A stretch of 64,000 nt of DNA from Nitrospirota bacterium (GTDB taxonomy: Bacteria > JACPQY01): NCBI GenBank assembly GCA_016180645.1, contig JACPAV010000002.1, forward strand, positions 300,628 through 364,627. Reading direction: 5' to 3'. The translations under genes and the position numbers were made by a program. Every line of letters starts with the position of its first letter. The first letter of the stretch is position 1. Positions 1 to 9,989 of this stretch are shown here, piece after piece. A model generated the notes under the pieces. That model saw nothing but the letters and a program-made list of their open reading frames with translations, ran no database searches and was not told where the DNA came from.

Positions 1-1734
1 GACGTCGAGAAGCGCGTCTTTCACCTTGTTGCGCGAAAGCTGCGGGATTCCGCCCACGGTGTTGAGAACCAAGGCCGCCGTGTCGTAGGCCAACGATTCG
101 ATGTCCCCCAAAGGCTGTCCATATTTCTGCTCAAAGAGGGTCGCGACGTTCCGGGCTTTTTCATACTCGGTCTCGGCGAAAAAGACGTCCACAAAGACGG
201 CTCCGTCCACATGTTCGCCGGCAATCTTGACCAGTTGGGGATAGTTCCATCCGCTCGGGCCCAGCAGTTGGGCGGTCTTGATCTCATAGAACGCCAGTTG
301 GGGTGCCAATAGCCCTACACTGTCGTAGTAATCCGGGACAAACAGCCCCGTCCTCTCCGGGGGGGGGGCGTCTTCCGGCAGGTCGGGGAATGCCTCGGCT
401 TTGATCTTCTCGATCGGCGCCTTGAAATCGGTGGACTTGGGCTCGTAGGCCGCTTCCGAAACGAGAACCCCGCCTTGGGCCGCCAGTTCCGCCTTGAAGA
501 GCGATTCCATATCCGTTCCGTAAGGCTCCAGCGGGAAGAGGATCGCAAACCGCTTCAGACCCAGGTTCTGCATGGCGTAGGTCACGAGGGCTCGGACTTG
601 TGCGGAAGCGGTGAGCGCGTGCCGGAATGCGTATTCACCCAGATCCGGCAATCCCTCGCGCGGGGCCATCAACATGATCGGAAGTTTTGCAGAGTCCGCC
701 AAAGGCCCCACGGCGGCCGCCGTCTTAGAAAGAAGAGGGCCGATGACCGACAGCACCTTTTCGTTCGCCGAGAAGGCTTTGAAGAGCGCCGCCGCCGCCT
801 CGGGGTCACCCTTTGTGTCCTGACAATCCACGTCCACATCCTTGATCTCGCTGGAAAGCGTGTCGAGCGCCAACTCGATGCCCCGCCGGGCGCGTTGACC
901 GTAGATCGACGGTTTTCCGGTGAGGGGAAGGAGGCAGCCGATTTTCCATTTCCCCTTTCCCAACACGGTCTTGATCTCTCCGAGCAGTTTCCGGGCTTCC
1001 TGTCCGTAGTCATCCTGGCGATCGGCGAGGGTCTCCAACAGGCTCCGCGCTTCCACGAATTCCGACTCCGCCCTCAGCGCGCGCGCGAGGGCCAGCGCCG
1101 CCATGGCGTCGAAGGGATAGACCGGCTTCAGTTCCACGATACCCCTCAATTCCTTTGGGTTGAGTTTCTGGGTGATCATCAAATCGACGCGCGAACGGAT
1201 TTCGCCGGCCTCGTCGTAATTCTGCGAGCCCTGAAGGTACTTGAGGTACCACTGGGTGCTTTCGAAGAATCGCCCCTGATCGAAATGACTTTCCGCGATG
1301 AGCGTCATCACGTGCTGCGCGAATCCCGCGTCGCCGGCAGGGTCGTAGGCTCTCGTGAACGCCTCGGCGGCCTCTTTGAAGTGGCTGAGCCCGCGTTCGA
1401 TCTGACCCAAATAGTAATGCGAGTAGCGCTGGATCTTGGAACTTTCGAAGGTTGTTCCGATCTCGAATTGCTTTCGGGCACGATCCAGATCTTTGAGTTT
1501 GTAGTAGCACTGACCCAGGCGATAGTGGGCGTTTGGGGCGCGCACGGAGGCCGGATACGTCTTCAAGAATTCTTCGAAACGCTGGGCGGCGGCGGTGAAA
1601 TCGCCCTCCTTGTAGGATGCCTCCCCGTCGTCGTAGAGGCGTATGCCCGCTTGAGGAACCGTTTCCTGTCCCCACGCCGTCGTAGTGAGCAGACCAAGGA
1701 AAAGGATCCCGAACCAATGCGCCGCGAAGGGCAT
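1..1734 (-). CDS. TPR (BamD/YfiO-like) plus type I periplasmic-binding domain protein, LpoA/LppC-like; 3' end runs off the window
   Basis: Not in the ORF track; translated by hand: MPFAAHWFGILFLGLLTTTAWGQETVPQAGIRLYDDGEASYKEGDFTAAAQRFEEFLKTYPASVRAPNAHYRLGQCYY (signal peptide + TPR). Later segments resemble a substrate-binding fold. Alternative GTG start at 1782 overlaps the dnaJ stop. Confidence 0.7.
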   Translation of the reverse strand, partial: MPFAAHWFGILFLGLLTTTAWGQETVPQAGIRLYDDGEASYKEGDFTAAAQRFEEFLKTYPASVRAPNAHYRLGQCYYKLKDLDRARKQFEIGTTFESSKIQRYSHYYLGQIERGLSHFKEAAEAFTRAYDPAGDAGFAQHVMTLIAESHFDQGRFFESTQWYLKYLQGSQNYDEAGEIRSRVDLMITQKLNPKELRGIVELKPVYPFDAMAALALARALRAESEFVEARSLLETLADRQDDYGQEARKLLGEIKTVLGKGKWKIGCLLPLTGKPSIYGQRARRGIELALDTLSSEIKDVDVDCQDTKGDPEAAAALFKAFSANEKVLSVIGPLLSKTAAAVGPLADSAKLPIMLMAPREGLPDLGEYAFRHALTASAQVRALVTYAMQNLGLKRFAILFPLEPYGTDMESLFKAELAAQGGVLVSEAAYEPKSTDFKAPIEKIKAEAFPDLPEDAPPPERTGLFVPDYYDSVGLLAPQLAFYEIKTAQLLGPSGWNYPQLVKIAGEHVDGAVFVDVFFAETEYEKARNVATLFEQKYGQPLGDIESLAYDTAALVLNTVGGIPQLSRNKVKDALLDV

Positions 1735-1778
1735 CCGTCGGCGATTCGAGAAGTCAGAATGGGCTCTTGCGAACCCGA

Positions 1779-2903
1779 TCACGACTTCCAGAACTTCCTC
1801 GCTTTTTCGAGGAAGCTTCGCCTCCGGGGGGCTTCCGAATCCTGGCTGACCCGTGCAAACTCCTCCAGGAGCCGCTTCTGCTCGCGCGAGAGACGATCGG
1901 GAACTTCGACAAAGATTCTGATCAAGAGGTCGCCGCGCCGCCCCGAACGAAGGTCCGGAATGCCACACCCCTTCACGCGCAGGGTATCGCCGGTCTGAGT
2001 TCCCGACGGGATCTCCATGGACTGCGGACCGTCCAAAGTGGGCACCTGCACTTTTCCTCCCAGTGCGGCGAGGGGGAAATCGATCGGCATATCGCACACC
2101 AGGTCGTTCTCGACGCGCTGGAAGAGGGGATGATTCTCCACGATGATCCGCACGTAAAGGTCCCCCGGCTGGGCGCCCTGGCGCCCCATGACTCCCTCGC
2201 CCCGATATCGAATCCGGGTGCCCGTATCCACCCCCGGCTGGATCTTGATTGAAACCTTCTTCTTCCGCGGAACCCGGCCCTCCCCGCGGCACGCCGTGCA
2301 GGGTTCCCGCACCACCTCTCCTTGCCCATGGCAGGAGGGACAGGTGCGTGCAATGGTGAAAAAGCCCTGTTGGATCTGCACGCGTCCCCGCCCACGGCAG
2401 GTCGAGCAGGTTTCCGGCCGCGTGCCGGGCCGGATTCCGTTCCCGCCGCATGCGTCGCATGGACCGTAGATGGAGAGTTCCGTCTCCCGCTCCCCGCCAC
2501 GCACGGCCTCTTCGAGAGTGACGATCAGTTCGAGCTCGAGATCCGCGCCTTTCTCCTCGCGGCGCGAGCCTCCCCGCCGCGCCCGCCGGCCGCCGAAAAT
2601 GTCTCCGAAGAAATCTTCAAAGATGTCCTCGAACAGGCCTCCGCCGAAATCGACACCGGCGGCTCCTCCCGCCGCCCCTCGAAGGCCGGCCCGGCCGTAC
2701 TGATCGTACACGGCCCGCCTCTCAGGATCACGGAGCACTTCGTAGGCCTCGTTGACTTCCTTGAAGCGCTCCTCGGCCTGTTTGTTGCCCTGGTTCTTGT
2801 CGGGATGATGCTCCATCGCCATTCGGCGGAAGGCTTTCTTGAGATCGTCCGCCGAGGCGTTCCGCGGGACGCCGAGAATTTCGTAAAAATCCCGTTCAGC
2901 CAT
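1779..2903 (-). CDS. dnaJ: Chaperone DnaJ
   Basis: J-domain with HPD, G/F-rich region, four CxxCxGxG zinc-finger repeats, C-terminal domain. Confidence 0.97.
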   Translation of the reverse strand: MAERDFYEILGVPRNASADDLKKAFRRMAMEHHPDKNQGNKQAEERFKEVNEAYEVLRDPERRAVYDQYGRAGLRGAAGGAAGVDFGGGLFEDIFEDFFGDIFGGRRARRGGSRREEKGADLELELIVTLEEAVRGGERETELSIYGPCDACGGNGIRPGTRPETCSTCRGRGRVQIQQGFFTIARTCPSCHGQGEVVREPCTACRGEGRVPRKKKVSIKIQPGVDTGTRIRYRGEGVMGRQGAQPGDLYVRIIVENHPLFQRVENDLVCDMPIDFPLAALGGKVQVPTLDGPQSMEIPSGTQTGDTLRVKGCGIPDLRSGRRGDLLIRIFVEVPDRLSREQKRLLEEFARVSQDSEAPRRRSFLEKARKFWKS

Positions 2904-2947
2904 GGTTGGTCCGAGGGAATGTCCGCCGGGAAGTCACCCGGATCACA

Positions 2948-4759
2948 CTATCCGGGGCTTGTCTCGTAAAGCTTGCTGGCGAAAGTATTCACAAGGGACG
3001 TGAGCATTCGGGAGAGCTCCCTCACCTGCGCCAGGTCATCTTTCTCCATCGCCGTCTCCAGCAGGTCGACCGTTTTTTCCAGGTCTCCACGGGTCGTCTC
3101 ATCCAATTTGTCCGTGTAGTCCGCCAGAATCTTGTTCGCCCCGTAGAGAATGCTTTCCGCAAGGTTCCGAGCCTCGGCGGCCTCGCGCTTCTCCCGGTCG
3201 GTTTGCGCGTGATCCTCCGCTTCCTTCTGGAGCCGCTCGACTTCGCCACGCCCCAATCCCCCGAAACTTTTCACCTGGATGGCCTGCTCCTGGCCCGTCC
3301 CGAGGTCTCTCGCGGTCACCCGGACCAGTCCGTCCGCGTCAATTTCGAATTGCACCTCAATTTGGGGAACGCCGCGCGGAGAGGGCGGGATGCCGATGAG
3401 CTGGAATTTGCCGAGGCTGAGGTTGTCCTCCGCCATTTCGCGCTCGCCCTGGAGAACGTTCACCTCCACCATGGGCTGCTGGTCATAGGCCGTGGTGAAA
3501 ATCCGCGAGCGTTTGATGGGAATGGTGGTGTTCCGATCGATGATCTTGGTGAAAATCCCTCCCCCCGTTTCGATTCCCAGGGAGAGAGGGGTCACATCAA
3601 GCAGCAGTATTTTTTCGAGCGCACCGGAGATGATTCCCGCCTGAATGGCCGCGCCAATGGCCACGGCCTCGTCCGGATTGATGTCCCCCCGGGGCGGTTT
3701 CTGGAAGACCTGCTCGGCCAGCCGGCGGACGGCGGGCATGCGCGTCATCCCGCCGACGAGCAGCACCGCATCGATACTCTTGGGTGTCAATTTCGCATCG
3801 GACATGGCCCGCTGGCAGAAGGGCGCGAGCCGTTGCACAAGACCGTCGACCAGTTTCTCCATGTCCGCCCGGGCGAATCGAAATTGGATCGAGTGGGAAT
3901 GGCCGCCGCCCGTGGTCAGGAAGGGGATCGAAACAAGCGTTTCCGATGAGAAGGAGAGCTCGTGCTTGGCATTTTCAGCCGCTTCTTTCAAGCGCTGGAA
4001 GACGAAGGGATCCTTCGGCAGTTTCATGTTGAGGGTCCCTTCGCACACGCCGATGAAATGCTTGAGAATTTCCTGGTCGAAATCCTCGCCGCCGAGGAAG
4101 GTGTCCCCGCAGGTGGAGAGCACGTGGAAAATGCCCTTTTTCACTTCCAGCATGGAGATATCGAACGTTCCTCCACCGAGATCGAACACGGCCACCGTGC
4201 CTGTGTCGGCTTTGTCGATACCGTAGGCCAGCGCCGCGGCGGTGGGTTCATTGATGATGCGAACGACATTCAGTCCGGCGATCTCGCCGGCATCTTTAGT
4301 GGCTTGACGCTGGCGATCGTCGAAATAGGCCGGCACGGTCACGACCGCGTCCTTGACTTCACCGCTCGTGTGCCGCTCGGCGGCCTGCCGCAACTTGGCA
4401 AGAATTTTGGACGAGATTTCCGGCGGGCTAAACTTGCGGCCGTCCAGTTGGACCCACGCGTCCCGGCTGTCCCCCTCCACAATGTCGTACGGGTAATGCG
4501 ATCGCGCCTGTTGGACCACGTCGGAGAAGTAGCTTCTCCCCATCAGCCGTTTCACCGCAAAAACGGAGGATTTGGGGTTGACCACCATCTGCCGCTTGGC
4601 CGGATGGCCCACGAGGAGTTCGCTGTTCTGACCGAACGCAACGACCGATGGCGTGGTGCGCGTTCCCTCCTGATTGACGACCACCACCGGACGACCTCCC
4701 TCGATCACCGCGCAGCACGAATTCGTCGTGCCGAGGTCGATCCCGATGGTCGGCGGCAT
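2948..4759 (-). CDS. dnaK: Hsp70 chaperone DnaK
   Basis: GIDLGTTNS, DLGGGTFD, LVGGMTRMP and DVTPLSLGIET motifs; lies between grpE and dnaJ. Confidence 0.95.
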   Translation of the reverse strand: MPPTIGIDLGTTNSCCAVIEGGRPVVVVNQEGTRTTPSVVAFGQNSELLVGHPAKRQMVVNPKSSVFAVKRLMGRSYFSDVVQQARSHYPYDIVEGDSRDAWVQLDGRKFSPPEISSKILAKLRQAAERHTSGEVKDAVVTVPAYFDDRQRQATKDAGEIAGLNVVRIINEPTAAALAYGIDKADTGTVAVFDLGGGTFDISMLEVKKGIFHVLSTCGDTFLGGEDFDQEILKHFIGVCEGTLNMKLPKDPFVFQRLKEAAENAKHELSFSSETLVSIPFLTTGGGHSHSIQFRFARADMEKLVDGLVQRLAPFCQRAMSDAKLTPKSIDAVLLVGGMTRMPAVRRLAEQVFQKPPRGDINPDEAVAIGAAIQAGIISGALEKILLLDVTPLSLGIETGGGIFTKIIDRNTTIPIKRSRIFTTAYDQQPMVEVNVLQGEREMAEDNLSLGKFQLIGIPPSPRGVPQIEVQFEIDADGLVRVTARDLGTGQEQAIQVKSFGGLGRGEVERLQKEAEDHAQTDREKREAAEARNLAESILYGANKILADYTDKLDETTRGDLEKTVDLLETAMEKDDLAQVRELSRMLTSLVNTFASKLYETSPG

Positions 4760-4763
4760 GGCG

Positions 4764-5417
4764 TCAGCCGCCTGATTCGGACTTCTTGGCCGAACCAGGG
4801 ACCGCGATTGTCACGAGCGCCGGACGCACCAGCTTCCGATCCAAGACATAACCGCGCTGGTGCTCCCCGATCACCTGATTGCGCCCGTCTTCCTTTTCCA
4901 CTTTCGAAATCGCCTCATGAAAATTGGGATCGAACGCCGCGCCCACGGCCTCCACGGGCTCGACGCCGAATTTCTTCATCGCCGCCATCAGGCCCTTGTG
5001 TGTCATTTCCACGCCGTTGAAAAGCGGGCTGTCTTCTTTTCGCTCCCTTGCGTGCTGCAGGGCGTATTCGAGGTTATCGATGCTCGGAAGAATTTCCCGG
5101 ATCAGCGCTTCCTTGGCCTGGCGGATGTAGTCTTCGCGTTCCCGGACGAGGCGCTTTTTCAGATTCTCGAAATCCGCCTGGAGATGGATGAGCTGGTTGT
5201 ACGTCGCCTTCGCGTCCTTTCGTGCCGCCTTCAGCTCCATGCGGAGTTCCTTGCGGGACAGTTTCCGCTTCGCCGGGATTTCCGCCTTGGCTTCGGCGGC
5301 TTGACCCGCAGCCGAAGGGGCGACGGCACCTCCACCGTTGTTGGGCACGACAGAATCCTTCGACCCTTCCGTGCCTTCCGTTTCATCCGACTTTTTCGAC
5401 GTTTCGCTGTCCATCAT
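4764..5417 (-). CDS. grpE: Nucleotide exchange factor GrpE
   Basis: ADFENLKKR, FDPNFHEAI, GYVLDRKLVRPALVTI motifs; start uncertain (ATG at 5417 or 5414). Confidence 0.93.
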   Translation of the reverse strand: MMDSETSKKSDETEGTEGSKDSVVPNNGGGAVAPSAAGQAAEAKAEIPAKRKLSRKELRMELKAARKDAKATYNQLIHLQADFENLKKRLVREREDYIRQAKEALIREILPSIDNLEYALQHARERKEDSPLFNGVEMTHKGLMAAMKKFGVEPVEAVGAAFDPNFHEAISKVEKEDGRNQVIGEHQRGYVLDRKLVRPALVTIAVPGSAKKSESGG

Positions 5418-5596
5418 GACAAGAATTTGGGATGTTATCGTTTCGCCGGACAAACTTCAATCGCGCGAGCGGTGACCTTGAGGCAACACGGCATCCCGGT
5501 AACTGCGGGAACCCCCGAAGATCGACCAGTTTGCCTCTTCCATGCGATCCCTTCAGAATAGCCGAATGATCCTATTGGATCACAACTGAGGAAGTC

Positions 5597-5923
5597 GTGA
5601 AGCTCCCACCAGATACCATTATTGCTCCGCAAAAGCTGACGGGCTACTTGCTTTGTCCGCGAGTGGACGACGACAAATCGCGGTTCCTTGCCTTGGCCGG
5701 ATACACCATCGAAAACGCCGACCGATTGATGAAGGACCTCCGGGAAAAGATTCTTCCCTTGGACGCCGAGCTGTTCGATAGAACCGAGTATGGCACGAAG
5801 TACCGGATTCGCGGCTCACTGGCGGGTCCGAATGGCCGTGTCCTCCGTGTTGTCACGATTTGGATGATGGAAGAAGCGACAAGTCAGACAAAGTTTGTTA
5901 CGCTGATACCGGACAGCCAATGA
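5597..5923 (+). CDS. DUF6883-like putative toxin (copy 1)
   Basis: KLTGYLL...DKSRFL...GY...G.L.GPNG...TIW...FVTLIP pattern; ATGA-coupled to a DUF4926-like gene. Confidence 0.7.
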   Translation: MKLPPDTIIAPQKLTGYLLCPRVDDDKSRFLALAGYTIENADRLMKDLREKILPLDAELFDRTEYGTKYRIRGSLAGPNGRVLRVVTIWMMEEATSQTKFVTLIPDSQ

Positions 5924-6162
5924 AATACGAATTGTTCACGAGAGTCGCCTTGAGAGAAGACCTGCCGGATCACGGTCTCCGGCGCGGCGACGTCGCAACC
6001 TTGGTCGAACACCACCCCGGCCGAGCCGGCCAGGAGTCAGGCTACAGCCTCGAAGTGTTCAACGCCGTCGGCGACACCGTGGCGGTTGTTACCGTGCGTG
6101 AATCACAGGTCGAGCCGCTGACCGCCAACGAACTCCTGCACGTCCGCCCGCTCGCCGCATAA
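5920..6162 (+). CDS. DUF4926-like putative antitoxin/immunity protein (copy 1)
   Basis: VALREDLPDHGLRRGDVATLVEHH...GYSLEVFNAVGDTVAVVTV; ATG overlaps the upstream TGA. Confidence 0.75.
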   Translation: MKYELFTRVALREDLPDHGLRRGDVATLVEHHPGRAGQESGYSLEVFNAVGDTVAVVTVRESQVEPLTANELLHVRPLAA

Positions 6163-6260
6163 TTCCGTCCGACTCCCCCTGCCCCCGGCCCCGCCGTCAA
6201 CCTCAAAACTCCGCGCAAGCCTCGTCCAAAGGTGTCAACCCCTGTGCCTGACCCCAGCGC
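6140..6260 (+). repeat. DUF4926 3'-end plus downstream element ending TGTCAACCCC..GCCTGACCCC (copy 1 of 3)
   Basis: Visibly similar to 6814-6935 and 20815-20920. Confidence 0.8.
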
Positions 6261-6264
6261 CCCC

Positions 6265-6390
6265 AGACGCAATTTCATGTACGGTCAAGAGTGGCAGGGC
6301 CGGCTATTCGCCACGAAGCAGGTCGAAGCGTATGCGGTTCAACAGGATGAGGGTTGGCTGGTCGTCACGGTCGAGGTAAAGTATTTCTGA
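6265..6390 (+). pseudogene. 5'-truncated toxin gene (DUF4258/RelE-like partner of DUF2283)
   Basis: RRNFMYGQEWQGRLFATKQVEAYAVQQDEGWLVVTVEVKYF*; begins at the repeat edge and stops 5 nt before the DUF2283 gene. Confidence 0.6.
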
Positions 6391-6395
6391 CCAGA

Positions 6396-6635
6396 ATGAA
6401 GATTCAATTTGATTCACGGCAGAACATCGCATACATCGGCCTTCGAGAGAAGCCCGCGCAAGTCCAAACGATCAAGATCAGCGATGAACTGAACGTCGAT
6501 CTGGCGCCGGATGGCACGATCTACGGGATCGAACTGTTGAACGCAAACGAACAACTGCTCTCGCTGGGCAATGGGCAACTGGTCTTCGAGGACCAGTCGA
6601 CCGGGAATGCCGTCGGCCTGATGCTCCCTCGCTAG
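6396..6635 (+). CDS. DUF2283-family putative antitoxin
   Basis: MKIQFDSRQNIAYIGLRE...ISDELNVDLAPDGTIYGIELLNA. Confidence 0.75.
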   Translation: MKIQFDSRQNIAYIGLREKPAQVQTIKISDELNVDLAPDGTIYGIELLNANEQLLSLGNGQLVFEDQSTGNAVGLMLPR

Positions 6636-6813
6636 TCACCGTTCAAGCGGCTCAGGTACGGATCCAGTTCGAAGAGGGGGCCGATGCGAACGTCCTCCCC
6701 ACCGCATATCTCGTACCGCTACGTGAGAACAAAGTGCTTTGCGGTCGAGCGTGAGGCGAGCCGCACTCGCATCATCTGCCGCCGGCCATGGAGGGACGGC
6801 ATGACGAGGGAAG

Positions 6814-6935
6814 TGCGTCCGTCCGCTGGCTGCCTGAGATCGTCGGATTCCACCTGCCTCCGGCTCCGCCCTCACCTTCAAGACTCCGCGCAAGCCTCGC
6901 CCGAATGTGTCAACCCCCATGCCCGACCCCGGCAC
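6814..6935 (+). repeat. DUF4926 3'-end fossil (CVRPLAA*) plus downstream element (copy 2)
   Basis: tgc gtc cgt ccg ctg gct gcc tga, followed by actccgcgcaagcctcg...tgtcaacccccatgcccgacccc. Confidence 0.75.
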
Positions 6936-7007
6936 CCTTAGCCCCATCGATTCTTGCATTAGATGTCAACACCGATTCCTTGCCTATGCAATCCGTTGGC
7001 CACCGCG

Positions 7008-8681
7008 CTATTCCTTCTTTCTGCCAGATGGGGCACTCTCATGAATGTATTCGGCCCTATGCGCTCCCCACCAGACCTTCCAATGGTTGATGATCTTCGA
7101 CAACGACTCACCCGACCATTCACGTCCCGACAGCATGGATAGGCGGGGATCTTCGAAGTAGGCCAGCGTGTCACTGTCCTTCGGGAGGGTAAACTCGGCA
7201 CCCTCAGGGTTGATGAAAGTGTGGGTGGCGCGTTCAAGCGCCTCAACAACGTCATTGCGGTCCCACTCATTCAAATCCTGGCGATCAAGCGCATTCATGA
7301 GATGCGGGGTGGCCGCCGTCCCCAAGATAACCGGTAACAACAGTGCCTCGTCTCCCAAGCGAGGTTTCTTTTCCAGCCGCTGGACCAGAAAGTCTCCAAC
7401 CTTCGCATCACCCCGGAAGTATTTGAGGGAATCCAGCGCTCCAGAAAACGCCCTGGCACCCCCCGGCTCTCCAATCTTTGAAAGGAGAAAGTCCCGCCAA
7501 TCCAAGTCACTCCCCCTCCCCGGCCCGCTGAATCCGCGAACGATGCAATCAAAATGCACACCATACGGCACCGGCGATTTCAGCAACTCCTCTCGGAGCG
7601 ACTTGAAGTTCTGCATCCTGCTAGCGAGGAATTCCATCTCCTCGCAACCCCACCTGCTTGGAGGCATGGAACGAACATAGCGCTCCACAAAGTTTGGTCT
7701 GAATCGAGACAGTGGGGAAAAGAATTGCGCATAGAATGAATCACCGATCAATTCGTCCGCTGCTCCCCGTGGAAGGAAAGATATCAGGCTCTTGTACGTC
7801 GCGTCACACGTCGTTTCCCGCATGGGCGGCTTCTTGTCGGGCTGCGGGACATAGTGCCTCCAGGTCTCAGCCTGGAAGTCGAGCCGGGAAAGTCCCAAGT
7901 CCGTTGCCACCCACAGAGCGCCACTGTCCGCCAAGATGTCATGAACAATGAATCCGCACGGGCCGCTTTCGGTGCCTGCGAATGTCTGAACCTGATCCTT
8001 CTCCCAGTCGTATCTTACGAGGCCATGCGTTGGCTCGGCCCCGAGGCACTCGCAGCCTCTCTCCGTGCCGAACCAAAGACTTTTTCCATCGTAGGCGAGA
8101 TGCGAGGCACCAGAGTCCATCAGAACACTTGGTCGGCGGATCTCCAACTTCCCAGTCTTCGGTAGGAATCTGCCGATTCCGCCTACGAGGCCCCCGCCTT
8201 CACACACAGTTGATCCCATGACGAACCAAACATCATCTCCCACTTCCACGCAGGATGATGGCGACTGCGCAACCTCATCCACATCTTGGTACTGGTAGTG
8301 GGGATTGATTTCCGCAGCCCGCTCCTTCGAGATCGGAAGTTCCGGAAGCGTGACCTCACATCCACGTTCGTACTTGAAGCATTCGCTCCCTGAGCACTTG
8401 AGATCGGGCTGTCGTGCCCAATCCTTTCCCTCATGAAGCTGGAGGACCAAGATGGAGGCCCGTTCCACGTAAACTCGCGGGTCTCCTGTGCGCGCGAACT
8501 TGCCGCCCAGAAAGACCTCCAATCCGTTTTCACCCTTCTCCAGATGCCAAACTGCCGGATAGTACTTCTCATCAGAGCAAACGAACGCCGCGAAGCTTGT
8601 TGAAGCCGGGACAACATACGCCCCAAACACGGCTACGATCAGAAAAACCTTATGCCCGAAGAGGTGATTGAGCTTGCCCAT
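7008..8681 (-). CDS. Secreted hypothetical protein, probable beta-propeller N-half and helical C-half
   Basis: 557 aa ORF with signal peptide; propeller-like LWFGT and LWVATDLGLSRLD motifs; many Cys. Confidence 0.65.
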   Translation of the reverse strand: MGKLNHLFGHKVFLIVAVFGAYVVPASTSFAAFVCSDEKYYPAVWHLEKGENGLEVFLGGKFARTGDPRVYVERASILVLQLHEGKDWARQPDLKCSGSECFKYERGCEVTLPELPISKERAAEINPHYQYQDVDEVAQSPSSCVEVGDDVWFVMGSTVCEGGGLVGGIGRFLPKTGKLEIRRPSVLMDSGASHLAYDGKSLWFGTERGCECLGAEPTHGLVRYDWEKDQVQTFAGTESGPCGFIVHDILADSGALWVATDLGLSRLDFQAETWRHYVPQPDKKPPMRETTCDATYKSLISFLPRGAADELIGDSFYAQFFSPLSRFRPNFVERYVRSMPPSRWGCEEMEFLASRMQNFKSLREELLKSPVPYGVHFDCIVRGFSGPGRGSDLDWRDFLLSKIGEPGGARAFSGALDSLKYFRGDAKVGDFLVQRLEKKPRLGDEALLLPVILGTAATPHLMNALDRQDLNEWDRNDVVEALERATHTFINPEGAEFTLPKDSDTLAYFEDPRLSMLSGREWSGESLSKIINHWKVWWGAHRAEYIHESAPSGRKKE

Positions 8682-8939
8682 GTGATCCCCAGACCTTGAC
8701 TACGGCTTGCGGCTCGCGCTCTTGCAACGCAGCTGTCGCAACATGGCCCATTCAGTGTAGTCCCCTTCACAAGAACCAACAAGGGCTGGCCTGTCTACAA
8801 GCCATGTCGCCCCAGTGCCTTGGTGATGGTCCGATCCGCAACCCTGTTGAAAGCCAGCGAACGAGGGCTAAGGTGTCGGTTTTGCAGATTGAGTTGTGCT
8901 TTCATTCTACCGATGGGAGACGTCTTTACAAAGGTGCGG

Positions 8940-9074
8940 TCATCTTCTCCCTCGAATCCGCTGGAGTTCATCAGGGTCGATTTCAATATCCTTTAGAATG
9001 GAGCGTATCGTTCCTCGTCGAAGGTCCTCCCCGCGATGAACAGGTACGACGGTGGCCCTACCATCTTCGTCAAT
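8940..9074 (-). pseudogene. hicA: 5'-truncated HicA toxin
   Basis: Hand translation IDEDGRATVVPVHRGEDLRRGTIRSILKDIEIDPDELQRIRGRR* matches the HicA C-half pattern (VVP.H...L..GT..SIL); N-half absent at the repeat. Confidence 0.75.
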
Positions 9075-9076
9075 CT

Positions 9077-9160
9077 GGGGACACCATACCTATTTTCACG
9101 AACTGAGTAAGGTGTCCCCCGATTCCCCCTTCTGTTTTCATGAAATGAGTAAGGTGCCCC
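9077..9160. repeat. REP-like palindrome GGGGACACCATAC..GTAAGGTGTCCCC plus a partial second copy
   Basis: Imperfect inverted repeat 9077-9119 and right arm 9135-9160; other copies at 9947-9989 and 21557-21596. Confidence 0.85.
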
Positions 9161-9177
9161 CCGATTCCGAAAATAAT

Positions 9178-9933
9178 TTAGAAGAATGGGGCGGAATCGA
9201 GCGATGATCGGCTTGTCGGTGGATTTAGCCGGTACTGTTTTGCGACCGATTGAACGGCCTCGAGGTACCAGTCGGGTGCTAAGGGACTAACTAACACCTT
9301 CTCTATCAACAAATTTAGTTCGACCTGAACGAGCGTACCCTGGTCTGGCGGAACTGCCTCAAAGTCATACACAACCATACGGGGAGGTCGAGCCGACTTA
9401 CTTCTCTTATATTTCAATGGCCAGTCGTCGGTTAGAATTGCCCGCAACTCACGTTCATGCTCGAATGATTTTCTTTTGTATAGGAATGGAGCGATGTACA
9501 TGTCTTCAGGAATGGGCTGAGTCGCATAGTCGACATACGCAACCTTCCCACACAAAATACTTTCATGCAGCAACCTGCGTAATCGCCCGAATGTAGATTG
9601 AATGGCTATCGCCTTGCCTGAATCCGAATAGAGGCGCCACATTGCCTCTGACTCACCATCGTTTATATGCCAGCAGCTCACCTTGGTCCACTGGCGAATC
9701 GACTCTCGAAAAAGTGATTGAACTTCTCGAATCTCCTTTGGAGTTCTTGACTTGGAATTGCGGTTGCTCTTATTTGCTATCGGCAACGAGCCTTCGTGCG
9801 CATCCGCCAACGTCGAAACTCGTGAGAAATATAAGCCCCCCTTGGCCAACATGGATACAAATTTGGCGAAATCCATGTAACGCCAGATCCTGACCTTGGG
9901 ATTTCCAGGCTCCCGGATATTGGGATGGATCAT
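9178..9933 (-). CDS. DUF2971-like protein
   Basis: IWRYMDFAKF, F...D..EG, VSCWH...ESEAMWRLY, KRKSFEHERELR motifs; the track's ATG at 9969 lies within the repeat, so 9933 is preferred. Confidence 0.7.
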   Translation of the reverse strand: MIHPNIREPGNPKVRIWRYMDFAKFVSMLAKGGLYFSRVSTLADAHEGSLPIANKSNRNSKSRTPKEIREVQSLFRESIRQWTKVSCWHINDGESEAMWRLYSDSGKAIAIQSTFGRLRRLLHESILCGKVAYVDYATQPIPEDMYIAPFLYKRKSFEHERELRAILTDDWPLKYKRSKSARPPRMVVYDFEAVPPDQGTLVQVELNLLIEKVLVSPLAPDWYLEAVQSVAKQYRLNPPTSRSSLDSAPFF

Positions 9934-9946
9934 CTTCTTTCGATCT

Positions 9947-9989
9947 GGGGGCATCATACCTATTTTCATGAATTGAGTAAGGTGTCCCC
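9947..9989. repeat. REP-like palindrome of the GGGG.CA.CATAC..GTAAGGTGTCCCC family
   Basis: Near-identical to 9077-9119; followed by a ccccgattt tandem duplication. Confidence 0.85.

Noticed and set aside
475-1998. 507 aa plus-strand ORF and many other long overlapping ORFs (e.g. 2906-3949, 24598-25785, 47345-48742, 57973-59127)
   Set aside because: Antisense shadows of recognisable genes in GC-rich DNA; no motifs of their own.
8696-9106. Track ORFs of 136 aa (+) and 63 aa (-)
   Set aside because: No recognisable motifs; a different minus-strand frame gives the HicA remnant.
9077-9989. Palindromic repeats as a CRISPR array
   Set aside because: Few copies, irregular spacing of up to about 800 bp, degenerate sequence, and no cas genes.
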